Virus genome (UHGV): UHGV-1368434
Source: a virus
Length of the DNA stretch: 50,546 bases
Direction: 5' to 3' (one strand)
The notes below the pieces were generated by a model, which worked only from the letters and a program-made list of their open reading frames with translations, did no database searches and was not told the DNA's origin. Positions 8,951-18,509 of this stretch are shown in pieces; positions within the stretch are counted from its first letter, which is position 1; each line of letters begins with the position of its first letter. Position numbers and translations under genes: made by a program.

Positions 8951-9754
8951 ATGGGAAAAATTAAGTTATCAGACATTAAAAGCGAAATTAGTAAGAGTGG
9001 AACAAGTAAAGGAAAATTTATGTTTTTCAAAGAGGATTCCAAAGCAAGAGTGAGATTCCTAACAGATATGGAGGATGGTTTGGAAATCAAGTTCCATGAT
9101 AGTTTTGCTTTAGGTGTGAATGTTCCATGCCAAGAAGAGTTTGGCAGAGAATGTGAGTATTGTGAGGACGAAAATTTAAGGACACGAAAAATGTATGTTT
9201 GGAGTGTCTATGATTTCGAAAGCAAAGAAGTGAAGCTGTTAATGGCGGCGGTTAATAACTGTTCACCAGTTCCAGCACTTGCATCATTATATGAAACATA
9301 TGGAACACTTTTAGATAGAGATTATGAGATTAAAAGAATTGGAAAAGGACAGAACACAACATATTCCGTTATTCCATTAGACAAAGCAAAATTTAGAAAC
9401 AACAAAATAAAACCGTTGTCTGATTCAGCAATTTTAAAATATATTGATAAGGCATATCCAGCAGATAACAATGAAGATTTTGAGGAAGAGGATGCACCTA
9501 AGAAAAAATCAAACAAAACAAAAACAAAAGCCAAAACAAAAGTAGAAGAAACAGATGATTGGGATGAAGAAGAAGATGAAACAAACGATTATGAAAGCAT
9601 GAAGCCACAGGAGCTTTACAAGCTGTGTAAAGAGCGAGATATTGATTGTAAACCAAAGAAGTCAAAAGAATATTATATTGATCTTTTGGAAGAAGCAGAC
9701 GAAGAAAATGATTCTGATGATTGGGATGAAGAAGATGATGATTGGGAAGAGTAA
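8951..9754 (+). CDS. Single-stranded DNA-binding protein, T4 gp32-like, with C-terminal HeH motif and acidic DDDWEE tail
   Basis: ATG at 8951 after AAAGGAGAAAC; the track start at 8906 lies inside the previous gene. ARVRFLTD...FHDSF resembles gp32's AVIRFLP...NHGF. Also has a Cys4 cluster (CQEEFGRECEYCED) and an acidic tail ending DDDWEE. Confidence 0.5.
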   Translation: MGKIKLSDIKSEISKSGTSKGKFMFFKEDSKARVRFLTDMEDGLEIKFHDSFALGVNVPCQEEFGRECEYCEDENLRTRKMYVWSVYDFESKEVKLLMAAVNNCSPVPALASLYETYGTLLDRDYEIKRIGKGQNTTYSVIPLDKAKFRNNKIKPLSDSAILKYIDKAYPADNNEDFEEEDAPKKKSNKTKTKAKTKVEETDDWDEEEDETNDYESMKPQELYKLCKERDIDCKPKKSKEYYIDLLEEADEENDSDDWDEEDDDWEE

Positions 9755-9780
9755 AACAAAATAAAGTTATGTGTTAGGGG

Positions 9781-9809
9781 TTGACATAGTTCAGCCCTTT
9801 TGTTATAAT
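9781..9809 (+). promoter_or_regulatory. SigA-type promoter (TTGACA-17-TGtTATAAT) inside an imperfect hairpin with T-run
   Basis: TTGACA at 9781-9786 and TATAAT at 9804-9809. The GGGG..CCC partial hairpin plus TTTT resembles the 5477 element. Confidence 0.5.
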
Positions 9810-9846
9810 TAAGTAGAACATAGAGAACAGAAAGGAAGAAATAAGA

Positions 9847-11040
9847 ATGGGAAATTTTTGGGATATCCACAGGCATGATGAATATTCATTGTTTGATGGA
9901 TTCGGTAAGCCAGAACAGTTAGCAAGACATGCAAAAGAATTAGGATATAGAGCGTTAGGCGTAAGCAATCATGGTTCTATCAGTGGATTGATAAAACATT
10001 ACCAAGCGTGTAATGAAGTTGGAATAAAACCAGTTATGGGATGTGAGATATATTTTCAACCGAAATTTAATAAAGAAAATACACAAAGAAAATCGTATCA
10101 TTTAAATTTGTTTGTTAAAAACTTACAGGGGTATAAAAACTTGTGTCACATAATGACAGAAGCAAATACAAAGCAATTTTATTACAAACCAATAGTTGAT
10201 TTTAAGCTACTTGAAAAATATTCAGATGGACTTATATGTACAACAGCTTGTATAGCAAGTGCAACGTCACAAGCTATTTTAAATGGTCATAGAAGCACAG
10301 CAGAGCGTTTATTAGATAAGTTTAAGGAAATATTCAAAGATGATTTGTATGTTGAAATACAGCCATATAAAATAGATGCACAGGGTACACAGCAAAGAAC
10401 AGATTATGAACTTATGGGAATGGCAAAAAGAAAGAAGATAAAATGTATTTTAACAAGCGATTCACATTTTGGAAGTAAGGAAGATTTTGATACATATTGT
10501 AAAATGCATGAAATCGGAAAAACAACATTAGATGTAAAAAGAACATACAGTGAAAGGTATATGCCTACAGAATATGAGATAACAGAACGGTTTGCAAACA
10601 TCTATAAAAAGAAGTTTAAAAGACCAATGGAAATGGCAGAACGATTTGTAGGCAACATGAAAGAAATATATAACAAAGTAGAAGATAACATATTAGATGG
10701 ATTGGAACTAGAACTTCCTAAAATATCAGATGATGGAGCGAAACAGCTTGAAACATTGACAAAACAGGGATTGAAAAACAGAAACAAATGGAATAAAGAA
10801 TATTGGAAAAGATGCAAAGAAGAATTGGAAGTAATTAATTACCATGGTTTTGCAGACTATTTCCTTATTGTTAGAGATTATATAACATGGGCGAAAGAAA
10901 ATGGAATTGAAACAGGAAAGGGAAGAGGTTCTGTTTGTAATTGTCTTGTAGCCTATGCAGTAGGAATCACAGAAGTTGACAGTATAAAATATAACCTTGA
11001 TTTCAGCAGATTTATGCGTAAGGAAAAGAAGTCATTGCCT
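9847..11040 (+). CDS. DNA polymerase III alpha-like (DnaE-type) catalytic subunit, exon 1 (PHP domain and N-terminal palm)
   Basis: PHP motifs (HRHDEYSLFDG, GVSNHGS). The exon ends at ...KEKKSLP, homologous to E. coli DnaE ...ERVSMP just before PDFDVDF. The in-frame continuation resumes at 11865. Confidence 0.75.
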
Positions 11041-11864
11041 AAACTTAATTGGGCATCATTCGTGAACATTGCTTAATGGTGTGTATTATTATAATATGCT
11101 AACGGTATCAGAAAAATAAGACTCCTTATTGAAATGTTACAACAAGATAATAGGGCATAAGACCGTAGACGAATAATCTGACTAAGAAACCCTAAACCAG
11201 TGATGGTGAGATAGAGGGAATACCGTGCCAAGTCTATATAGAAAGGAAGTGAATTAGATGTTTAAAAGTATGGAAGAGTTTGACCACCATTCAATAGATG
11301 AATATGGAAATGTTTTAAATGAGAAAACAGGAAATATATTAAAACCTTATGTTGGAAGTGGCGGTTATTTATATGTGAAGCCATGTGAAAACAATGTAAC
11401 AAAACATTTGTCAATACATAGAGCAGTAGCGAAATATTTTTGCAAAGGATATAAACCAGAGCTAGTTGTTGACCACATAGATGGAAATGTAAAGAACAAC
11501 TATTATGAAAATCTTAGATGGTGTAAGCAAGCAGACAATTTGAAGCATGGATATGAGAGAAGAAAAGATACACCATTCAGAAATTATAGACCATGCAAAT
11601 TGTATGTTGGAAATAAATTGATAGATGAATTTCTAAGTATAACAGAAGCTGTGGAATATGCAGAAAAACACTACAATGTTAAAAGAACAATGTTACATAA
11701 ACATCTAGTTTATGGAAATGTTCGTATAGAAAGGTGTAACGACTAGCTTGTGAAGAGAGTAACAAGTGTAGGGATGGAGATAAGCACCATTCCGAAGTGC
11801 GAATGCCACGAGAGTGGAAGATATAGTCTAGCCTTGATAGTTTGGAAACGAACGACTAAGGTAG
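11041..11864 (+). mobile_element. Group I-type self-splicing intron carrying an HNH homing endonuclease gene
   Basis: The junction ...TCATTGCCT | GATATTGAT... rebuilds the conserved SLP-DIDLDF (DnaE SMP-DFDVDF). The exon ends in U and the intron ends in G. A possible P1 pairs exon UGCCU with intron GGGCA 10 nt in. An internal 162-aa HNH ORF has its own RBS. Confidence 0.6.
11258..11746 (+). CDS. HNH homing endonuclease (intron-encoded)
   Basis: AAAGGAAG RBS. Motif DHIDGN...NLRWC..ADN typical of the HNH_3 family. Paralogous to 30920..31654. Confidence 0.7.
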   Translation: MFKSMEEFDHHSIDEYGNVLNEKTGNILKPYVGSGGYLYVKPCENNVTKHLSIHRAVAKYFCKGYKPELVVDHIDGNVKNNYYENLRWCKQADNLKHGYERRKDTPFRNYRPCKLYVGNKLIDEFLSITEAVEYAEKHYNVKRTMLHKHLVYGNVRIERCND

Positions 11865-13391
11865 GATATTGATTTAGATTTCGAACGAGATAGGAGACAG
11901 GAAGTAATTGACTACGTTATAAACAAATATCCAAACAAAGCAATACAGATTTGTTCTTATGGAATGTATGGAGTTGATAATCTTGTGAATGATTTGGCAA
12001 GTGTCTGTAACTTAAAAACAACAAAAGATGTTGATTGGTTTGAAGCAGATGAAAATAAAAAAGTAATTGCAGAAATTAAGTCATATATTAAGGGATTCAT
12101 AGTAGATGATGAACTGAATATGAGTAACTTATTGAATGGATACAGAACAGAAGAGTTTAATGAAAAGTATGACAACATTATAAAACATTTCTCAAAACTT
12201 TATGGAAAAATAAAGTACCTTGGAAAACATGCGGCTGGGGTTGCTGTGGTTGGAACAGATATAAGTGATTATACTTGTATTATTATGAGAGATAGAAAGA
12301 CAGGAGCATTAAGCAGTTGTTTCGATAAAGATGATTTAGAGCATATTAATTGTGTAAAGTTTGATATGCTTGGACTTAAAACAATGTCAGAAATGCGTGA
12401 GCTTAGAGAGAAAACAGGGCATACAATAACAGAAGAAGATGAAGAAAGCAAAGAGGTTATAGAGGGATTCAGAGAGGGAAGAACAGACGGAATATTTCAG
12501 ATGGAAAAGTCAGCACCTAAAAAGATTCTTGATATGATTCAGTGTGATTGTATAAATGATATTATAGCGGTGAACGCATTAAACAGACCAGCACCATTAC
12601 AGTTGCATATGCATGAAACATATGCACATAATAAACTTTCTGATAAAGTAGATAAGAACACACCATACTACAAATATACACAAGAAACATATGGAACAAT
12701 GTTATATCAAGAACAAACAGTTGAAGTAGCACAGAAAGTTGGACACTTAACTCCGCAACAGAGTTTTGATATGCTAAAGATTATGAAGAAAGCAGAGAAC
12801 TTGACAAAACCGGAATACATTCCAATTATTGAACAAATGAAAAAAGATTTTTTCAGAGGATGTAGGCAAGAGGGATTAACAAGAGAGCAAACAAACAATA
12901 TATGGGCAAGTATGCTAATCTATGGCTTCAACAAGGGACATAGCACTGGCTATGCGTTAATAAGTATTGACCAGATGTATTATAAGGTGCATTATCCAAC
13001 ACAGTTTTGGTATGTTAAAATGAAGTATGCAGATAATGATGCAGATATCTTTAAATATTCACAGTTTGCAGTAAAAGATGGTGCTGTGGTTATGTTACCG
13101 CATGTAAACTATTCAGCTAAAACTTCATTGCGTAAAATGGATGGAGAGGACGTTATACAGCAAGGGTTGAGTATTATTAAGGGTATTGGAGAAAAAGCCG
13201 CAGAAACCATAGAAGAAGAGCGCAGAAAGGGTGTTTTCAAATCTTATGATGATTTCTATGACAGATGTAAAGGAAGAAGTGTTACAACAAGAGTGATTGA
13301 TATTCTGAAAGAACAGGGTGCACTTGAATTTAACAAAAACAAATACATGAGCAGAGTAGTAAAATATAATAGCACATTAATGGCGAGGTAG
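11865..13391 (+). CDS. DNA polymerase III alpha-like (DnaE-type), exon 2 (palm/fingers, HhH)
   Basis: Frame is open from 11865 (DIDLDFERDRRQEVIDYV..., compare DnaE PDFDVDFCMEKRDQVIEHV). Carries GKHAAGVAV and FDMLGLKT motifs and a C-terminal HhH (GLSIIKGIGEKAAETI). The track's 11964 start is internal. Confidence 0.75.
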   Translation, partial: DIDLDFERDRRQEVIDYVINKYPNKAIQICSYGMYGVDNLVNDLASVCNLKTTKDVDWFEADENKKVIAEIKSYIKGFIVDDELNMSNLLNGYRTEEFNEKYDNIIKHFSKLYGKIKYLGKHAAGVAVVGTDISDYTCIIMRDRKTGALSSCFDKDDLEHINCVKFDMLGLKTMSEMRELREKTGHTITEEDEESKEVIEGFREGRTDGIFQMEKSAPKKILDMIQCDCINDIIAVNALNRPAPLQLHMHETYAHNKLSDKVDKNTPYYKYTQETYGTMLYQEQTVEVAQKVGHLTPQQSFDMLKIMKKAENLTKPEYIPIIEQMKKDFFRGCRQEGLTREQTNNIWASMLIYGFNKGHSTGYALISIDQMYYKVHYPTQFWYVKMKYADNDADIFKYSQFAVKDGAVVMLPHVNYSAKTSLRKMDGEDVIQQGLSIIKGIGEKAAETIEEERRKGVFKSYDDFYDRCKGRSVTTRVIDILKEQGALEFNKNKYMSRVVKYNSTLMAR

Positions 13392-13396
13392 AAAAT

Positions 13397-13582
13397 ATGA
13401 ATGTATTAGAGCAGTATGTAACAAACATTATCTATGAACAGAAACATATTGTAGACGGAACAACATTGTATGGAATTATTTGTGATATTGATTGTTATGG
13501 ATATATTAAAAAGCATAAACGTATTATATTATCAGAGAAAGAATACAACATGGTAAAAGAAAAGGGATATTATTTAGCATAA
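13397..13582 (+). CDS. Small hypothetical protein
   Basis: 61 aa with a weak RBS. Confidence 0.35.
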   Translation: MNVLEQYVTNIIYEQKHIVDGTTLYGIICDIDCYGYIKKHKRIILSEKEYNMVKEKGYYLA

Positions 13583-13602
13583 TTAATAGTGGGGTGAAAT
13601 AA

Positions 13603-14112
13603 ATGGAACGATGTGATGGTTGTGAGTATGAATATGATGGATTATGTACAGCATTTGGGAAAGAGTGTAATGAAATAGTTTTCTGCACTGTAACAACAAG
13701 TAGAGTAAAAGAGGAAGTTTCTAGAATTCATACGATTGGAAAGGAGAAAATAGAAGTGAAAAAGAAAAATGAAGAACATAATGTTGAAACAGCAGAACAG
13801 AACAAACAGGATAAGATTAATCCAGCACATTATAAAGAGAGAACAAGCATTGAATGTATTGATACAATGCGAATTGCATTCGGAGATATGGATGTGGCAA
13901 TTTATTGTATTGTAAATGCGTACAAGTATTTGTGGAGGCATAAATATAAAAATAGGTTAGAGGATTTGAAAAAAGCTGAATGGTATCTTGAGAGGTATAC
14001 AGATTTAACAAATGATAAGGAATGGATAAAATTGCCGGATGAAAAAGCAGAAACGATAAAAGAACTTGTTAAAAAAGGAAGAGAGGAATACATACATGGC
14101 AAAAGGAACTAA
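13603..14112 (+). CDS. DUF3310-like protein (NPxHY / IExID motifs) with N-terminal Cys cluster
   Basis: INPAHYKERTSIECIDTM matches the DUF3310 signature found in phage proteins such as T7 gp1.7. N-terminus has CDGCEY...C...C. Confidence 0.45.
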   Translation: MERCDGCEYEYDGLCTAFGKECNEIVFCTVTTSRVKEEVSRIHTIGKEKIEVKKKNEEHNVETAEQNKQDKINPAHYKERTSIECIDTMRIAFGDMDVAIYCIVNAYKYLWRHKYKNRLEDLKKAEWYLERYTDLTNDKEWIKLPDEKAETIKELVKKGREEYIHGKRN

Positions 14113-15016
14113 TAAAGAGGGAATACTAAAGTTAATTGCAGAAATTGATAAAAAAGAAAATGGCAGTGTTTATAGTTTGGGAAAGAAAACGGCAGATTTG
14201 GATATTCCAAGATGGAGCACTGGATTGGTTGACCTTGATAACATTATTGGTGGTGGAATTCCAAAAGGAAGAATTATTGAGATTTTCGGTGCAGAGAGTG
14301 CTGGGAAAACAACATTAGGCTATCAGCTATGCGCCCAACATGAGTTGTGTCTTGTAGAACCCGTAGAGGGTACGTTCTCAACAGAAAGAGCGAAGTTGTT
14401 CGGTAATAGACCAAAACAAATGATTATATATAGAGCGCCATATGGAGAAAAAGCATTCAACAGAGCAATAAGATTTGCAGAAGAGGGTATTCCGTTAATT
14501 ATGATTGATAGTGTACCATCATTACAGCCAAAGGATGATATTGACAAGGTTAGAAAAGCGGTAAACACAGACAGTGAACAGGAAATGCGAATCGGTGGAG
14601 TTGCAAGATTAATGGACAAGTATTTACCAACATTGGAATACATCATTGAACAGACAGGAACAACGGTTGTATTTATTAATCAGATTCGTGATAAAATGAA
14701 TGCGTTACCTTTTGGTGATAACATTAAGACCCCGGGTGGTCATAAGTTATCACATGCAGATTCACTTAAGTTGCAAGTAGCAAGAAAGGGATATATAGAA
14801 ATTCCTAACCATAACCCATTCAATACAGAAGCGAAAGAACGTATAGGAATGATTATGAAAGTAAAAGTGGTAAAAAGCAAAGTTTGTAATCCAATGCAGA
14901 GTTGTGAAATCCCATTATTCTATGAGCGTGGTTTTGTAGATTTTGCAGACCTTGATTCTGTAAGAAAAGAAATCATGGATGAACACAAGAAAAAATACAA
15001 GGAAATGTTAGAGTGA
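14096..15016 (+). CDS. RecA-family recombinase (UvsX/RecA/Sak4-like)
   Basis: ATG at 14096 after AAAGGAAGAGAGG (the track's 14066 is a TTG). Walker A GRIIEIFGAESAGKTTL, Walker B LIMIDSV, and RecA-like FINQIRDK...TPGG. Confidence 0.75.
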   Translation: MAKGTNKEGILKLIAEIDKKENGSVYSLGKKTADLDIPRWSTGLVDLDNIIGGGIPKGRIIEIFGAESAGKTTLGYQLCAQHELCLVEPVEGTFSTERAKLFGNRPKQMIIYRAPYGEKAFNRAIRFAEEGIPLIMIDSVPSLQPKDDIDKVRKAVNTDSEQEMRIGGVARLMDKYLPTLEYIIEQTGTTVVFINQIRDKMNALPFGDNIKTPGGHKLSHADSLKLQVARKGYIEIPNHNPFNTEAKERIGMIMKVKVVKSKVCNPMQSCEIPLFYERGFVDFADLDSVRKEIMDEHKKKYKEMLE

Positions 15017-15181
15017 TATTTTATTGTATAGTATTTAGAAGAACATATACAAGCGGTGGAAGTGCAGAGCATAAATTCTTTTGTTATGCTGAAACAGAAA
15101 AACGAGCAAGAACAAGGTTCTGTACAACCACTGGATTGAAACAAGCAAACATATTATCTATTTCAGAACAAGGAGAATAAA

Positions 15182-16036
15182 ATGGGAATAATAGACGATA
15201 TTAAAAAGGATGCAGACAAAACATTTACAAAGGTACAAAGTACGCAAGAAAAAGAAATAGAACAGATGTTAAATGGTTTATTCTATTTAGATAAAGACAT
15301 TCCGAAAGAACTTAAATTCCTTAAAAGTGTAATGACAAGGGGTGCAGAAACAACAGAAAGAAAAGGATTACATGCAAGTGCAGTAATTGTATCAGATGAT
15401 AAGTTTTGTATACGACAGCAAGTATTATCATTATTTTACAAACAGTTACAGGGAGAACAAGTACCAGTAGGATTAATGAGAATATTCAGTGAGGGTGATG
15501 CAATACATGAGAAGTGGCAAAGGTTATTTATTAGGGGTGGCTTGTGTAAGCCTTTAGATTGCGATTATGGCCGCTTTGCAGAAGAGTTCGATTTATCCTA
15601 TACCCCCGATATAATATGCGAAATACCAGCAGATTACAAGCTTGAAAGTGTATATGATGATAGTGTGGAAAAGATACCGTATATTGTAGAAATTAAAAGT
15701 GTAAATACATTTACATTTAAGAAACAAAAGTATCATGCAAGCGGTAGAAAGCAATGCCAGCTTTATATGTATTTAACAGGAATACACAATGGAATAGTTC
15801 TGTGTGATGATAAAAACACACAGGAATTTAAAGTATACCATTATGAATATAATCCGAGTGAAATTGCACAATACATTGGAAGATTGGAAAGAATACAGGA
15901 AAGTAAAACAAAGCTACTGGAACAAAACAGACTTGTAAAAAGGCATAAGAAATGCACAGGATATAATTGTAAGATGGCAGAAGAATGCAACATGAAAGAT
16001 GTATGCTATGGAAAAACAAAAAAAAGGTTGGATTAA
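15182..16036 (+). CDS. Cas4-like / RecB-family PD-(D/E)XK exonuclease with predicted 4Cys Fe-S cluster
   Basis: N-terminal Cys (FCIRQQVL), a D...EIK nuclease core (DIICEIP...VEIKS), a QxxxY motif (CQLYMYLTG) and C-terminal CTGYNC...C...C. This is the Cas4 arrangement. Confidence 0.6.
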   Translation: MGIIDDIKKDADKTFTKVQSTQEKEIEQMLNGLFYLDKDIPKELKFLKSVMTRGAETTERKGLHASAVIVSDDKFCIRQQVLSLFYKQLQGEQVPVGLMRIFSEGDAIHEKWQRLFIRGGLCKPLDCDYGRFAEEFDLSYTPDIICEIPADYKLESVYDDSVEKIPYIVEIKSVNTFTFKKQKYHASGRKQCQLYMYLTGIHNGIVLCDDKNTQEFKVYHYEYNPSEIAQYIGRLERIQESKTKLLEQNRLVKRHKKCTGYNCKMAEECNMKDVCYGKTKKRLD

Positions 16037-16037
16037 A

Positions 16038-16193
16038 ATGATTATAACATTAGCATTTATCAGCTGTTTAATTTTTGTCGCTTATATTTTCATCTATATT
16101 TCTTTACTTATTGTAGCAGATTTAATTCTTTTTATTATTAAGATTGAACAGCTTGTAAAAGAGTGGTATAATAAGTATGGCAAAATATTGTAA
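16038..16193 (+). CDS. Small hydrophobic membrane peptide (51 aa)
   Basis: Internal ATG of track ORF 15999..16193, positioned just after the upstream stop. Almost entirely hydrophobic (IITLAFISCLIFVAYIFIYISLLIVADLILFII). Confidence 0.3.
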   Translation: MIITLAFISCLIFVAYIFIYISLLIVADLILFIIKIEQLVKEWYNKYGKIL

Positions 16194-16578
16194 AGCATAT
16201 GCACTCCGTGTGACATATCTAGATTGCATGGAGTGTGAAACAAAGGAGTGTAAAGGAATGCAAAACGTACACAAAGCATATTTAAGAATGTTACCAGAAC
16301 AGGAATGTTTTCTTGTATTTGTGAGTAAAAGAGAAAAGGCAAAGAAAAACGTTGTTTTAAAATGTATTGTAAAAGAATGTATAGTACGCAAAGAAGAAAC
16401 ATTGTATAATTTAAAACCTATTAAGTGTGTAACAGATAAAAAGGAAAATATAGAAAGCTATAAACAAAACTTTTTATGTATTAACAGTACAATAGATACT
16501 GGAATAAGAAAAACACAAAGAGACATTTATCCAGTATTTACAAGTAAAGAAAAATGTTTGGAGTGGTTGAAAGCATGA
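16177..16578 (+). CDS. Cys-rich hypothetical protein
   Basis: 133 aa with multiple CxxC-like pairs (CMECETKEC). Confidence 0.4.
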   Translation: MAKYCKAYALRVTYLDCMECETKECKGMQNVHKAYLRMLPEQECFLVFVSKREKAKKNVVLKCIVKECIVRKEETLYNLKPIKCVTDKKENIESYKQNFLCINSTIDTGIRKTQRDIYPVFTSKEKCLEWLKA

Positions 16579-16588
16579 AAAATGGAAT

Positions 16589-17017
16589 ATGTTGTGGTGG
16601 ATTTATTTAGACAAAAGTAAAAAAGAAAATGGGAACTGTGGAACCTATATCTATGGATGTAAATGCATAAATAGAAATACAGTTGCTGGTTATATGCGTA
16701 AAGACAGTGAGTTAAAAACGATGGGGTGCAGTTATTGCAATAAAATAAAAGTTGGAACAAGTTTTACGCTTAATAAAACAAAATGTTTCTATTGTGGAAG
16801 TATAAAAACAAAACATGGAAGAAAATATTTAATATACAATGCGTCAACATATGTTCAAAATGGTTTTTATGTTGATGTAGTAGAGCAGAATTGGTTTTCA
16901 GAGCATATAAAAGATATTGTTATTGAATGCCAAACAAAAGAACAAGTTGAATCACTGAAACAAACAGCGAGACTCTATAAAAAGAGGATAGAAGAACGTG
17001 AAAAAGAAAACAGATGA
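16589..17017 (+). CDS. Cys-rich hypothetical protein
   Basis: 142 aa with GCKC...C...CSYC...CFYC. The start is uncertain. Confidence 0.35.
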   Translation: MLWWIYLDKSKKENGNCGTYIYGCKCINRNTVAGYMRKDSELKTMGCSYCNKIKVGTSFTLNKTKCFYCGSIKTKHGRKYLIYNASTYVQNGFYVDVVEQNWFSEHIKDIVIECQTKEQVESLKQTARLYKKRIEEREKENR

Positions 17018-17792
17018 TAGAAATTATAAAAAGAGATTTGAAAAAGGTTTCAAGATGTTGTGTAGTTCAAAGTCAACATATCAAGTATGGTCTGATTGTA
17101 TGGCGTTGTTTGCGATAACACTAGCAAACCAAAGTATTTTACCAATGGTTAAAGACAAACAATTTAAAGAGATATGGGATAAAAGGGAAAAAGAATATTT
17201 AAGAATTATTAATAGTTATTCTAAAAAAGAACAAAAACTTTTTCCACAGATGTTTGCATTAATTGTAGAAGAGTTAGAAGAAAGACCGAACCAAGATTTG
17301 CTAGGCGAATTATACATGATGCTACAAATACATAACAAAAATGCAGGACAATTCTTTACACCATATAATGTGTGCGAAGCAATGTCAAGTGTTACATTTA
17401 ACAGAAAAGAATTAGGAAAAACAGTACACAAAAAAGGATATGCAAGTGTATATGACCCGACTTGTGGTGCTGGGGCAACATTAATAAGCGCAAGTGAGCA
17501 ATGTAAGGAAATGTTTAAAAAATATAATTATCAAAATCATGTGTACTTTGTCGGACAGGATGTAGATATAACTTGTGTATATATGTGTTATATACAGCTT
17601 GCATTACATGGACTTGCTGGATATGTGATACATGGTAACACGCTGATGAAACCCGAGCCAGAGTTACCAAAAGATTTAGAAAACATATATTTTACACCGA
17701 TATGGTTTTCTGATGTATGGGCAATGTGTAGGTTATTTCATAATCAAGATATATTAGGGAGAAAATTGAAACATGGTTGTAATAGGAATTGA
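16998..17792 (+). CDS. N6-adenine methyltransferase (HsdM-like) homologue with degenerate catalytic motif
   Basis: GQFFTPYNV precedes motif I (VYDPTCGAGATL). GQDVD...LALHGL and HGNTL align to HsdM. Where NPPF (motif IV) is expected the protein reads IYFTPIW, so the catalytic Asn is absent. Confidence 0.5.
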   Translation: MKKKTDDRNYKKRFEKGFKMLCSSKSTYQVWSDCMALFAITLANQSILPMVKDKQFKEIWDKREKEYLRIINSYSKKEQKLFPQMFALIVEELEERPNQDLLGELYMMLQIHNKNAGQFFTPYNVCEAMSSVTFNRKELGKTVHKKGYASVYDPTCGAGATLISASEQCKEMFKKYNYQNHVYFVGQDVDITCVYMCYIQLALHGLAGYVIHGNTLMKPEPELPKDLENIYFTPIWFSDVWAMCRLFHNQDILGRKLKHGCNRN

Positions 17793-18387
17793 TGAAAGTT
17801 ATACACGAACAGGAATTACAGTATTAGTAGATAAAAAACTAATAAAAATGTACAGTGTAGATTTCAATAGATGCAAAAATAACTATGATAAGCGTAAAGA
17901 CCTTAGAAGCGTCCTAGAATCCATTTTAAATGAGCTATTAAGGAAATATAAGCCTATTGAAATAAAATGTATTATAGAGCGAATTAGAACGTTTAGTGGT
18001 GGACATATGAGTTCACAATACCTTATTACAACAGGCGGTTTAATTGTAACAATATTAGATGTATTTCTAGCACATAATATAAAAGTTTATAGTGTAGAAA
18101 CTATGAGTTGGAAAACACAGGTAGTTGGAACAAATAAACCTAAAGAAAACAAATATGGAATAAATCCAAACAAGTATCCTACAATCCTCTATTTGAAGCA
18201 GAAAGGGCTTTTAAAATATATAGCAGAGGAATATAAAGGCAGGGGCAAGAAAGGCGTTATAAACGTTAAAATAGGAGCTGAGAAAGTACCTTGTAAAATA
18301 AATGATGATTTAGCAGATTCTTACTGTATTGCTATGTATGGATTCATTCCTAAAACAAAACAAAAACTAAAAGAAGAAACATTTTAG
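17773..18387 (+). CDS. RuvC-like Holliday junction resolvase
   Basis: N-terminal VVIGIDESYTRTGITVL (compare RuvC ILGIDPG..TG). C-terminal DDLADSYCIAM resembles the RuvC catalytic Asp region. Confidence 0.6.
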   Translation: MVVIGIDESYTRTGITVLVDKKLIKMYSVDFNRCKNNYDKRKDLRSVLESILNELLRKYKPIEIKCIIERIRTFSGGHMSSQYLITTGGLIVTILDVFLAHNIKVYSVETMSWKTQVVGTNKPKENKYGINPNKYPTILYLKQKGLLKYIAEEYKGRGKKGVINVKIGAEKVPCKINDDLADSYCIAMYGFIPKTKQKLKEETF

Positions 18388-18419
18388 GGAACGTATAAAA
18401 AAAAGCGTTCCTTTTTTTG
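18388..18419 (+). terminator. Rho-independent terminator
   Basis: GGAACG ...A-rich loop... CGTTCC followed by TTTTTTT. Confidence 0.6.
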
Positions 18420-18433
18420 TTACAAAAAAATGT

Positions 18434-18462
18434 TTGACAAAACATTAAAACTATAGTATTAT
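18434..18462 (+). promoter_or_regulatory. SigA-type promoter (TTGACA-17-TATTAT)
   Basis: TTGACA at 18434-18439 and TATTAT at 18457-18462. Confidence 0.5.
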
Positions 18463-18509
18463 ATGTGCAGAAACAAATAGTAGTCATAAACAAAATAGGA
18501 GTGATATGT

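Noticed and set aside
14066-14095. Track start (TTG) of the RecA-like gene, and similar alternative-start extensions at 8906, 18465, 20137, 30911 and 42160
   Set aside because: In each case a canonical ATG with a good Shine-Dalgarno lies 10-45 codons downstream in the same frame. The upstream extension overlaps the preceding gene or a promoter.
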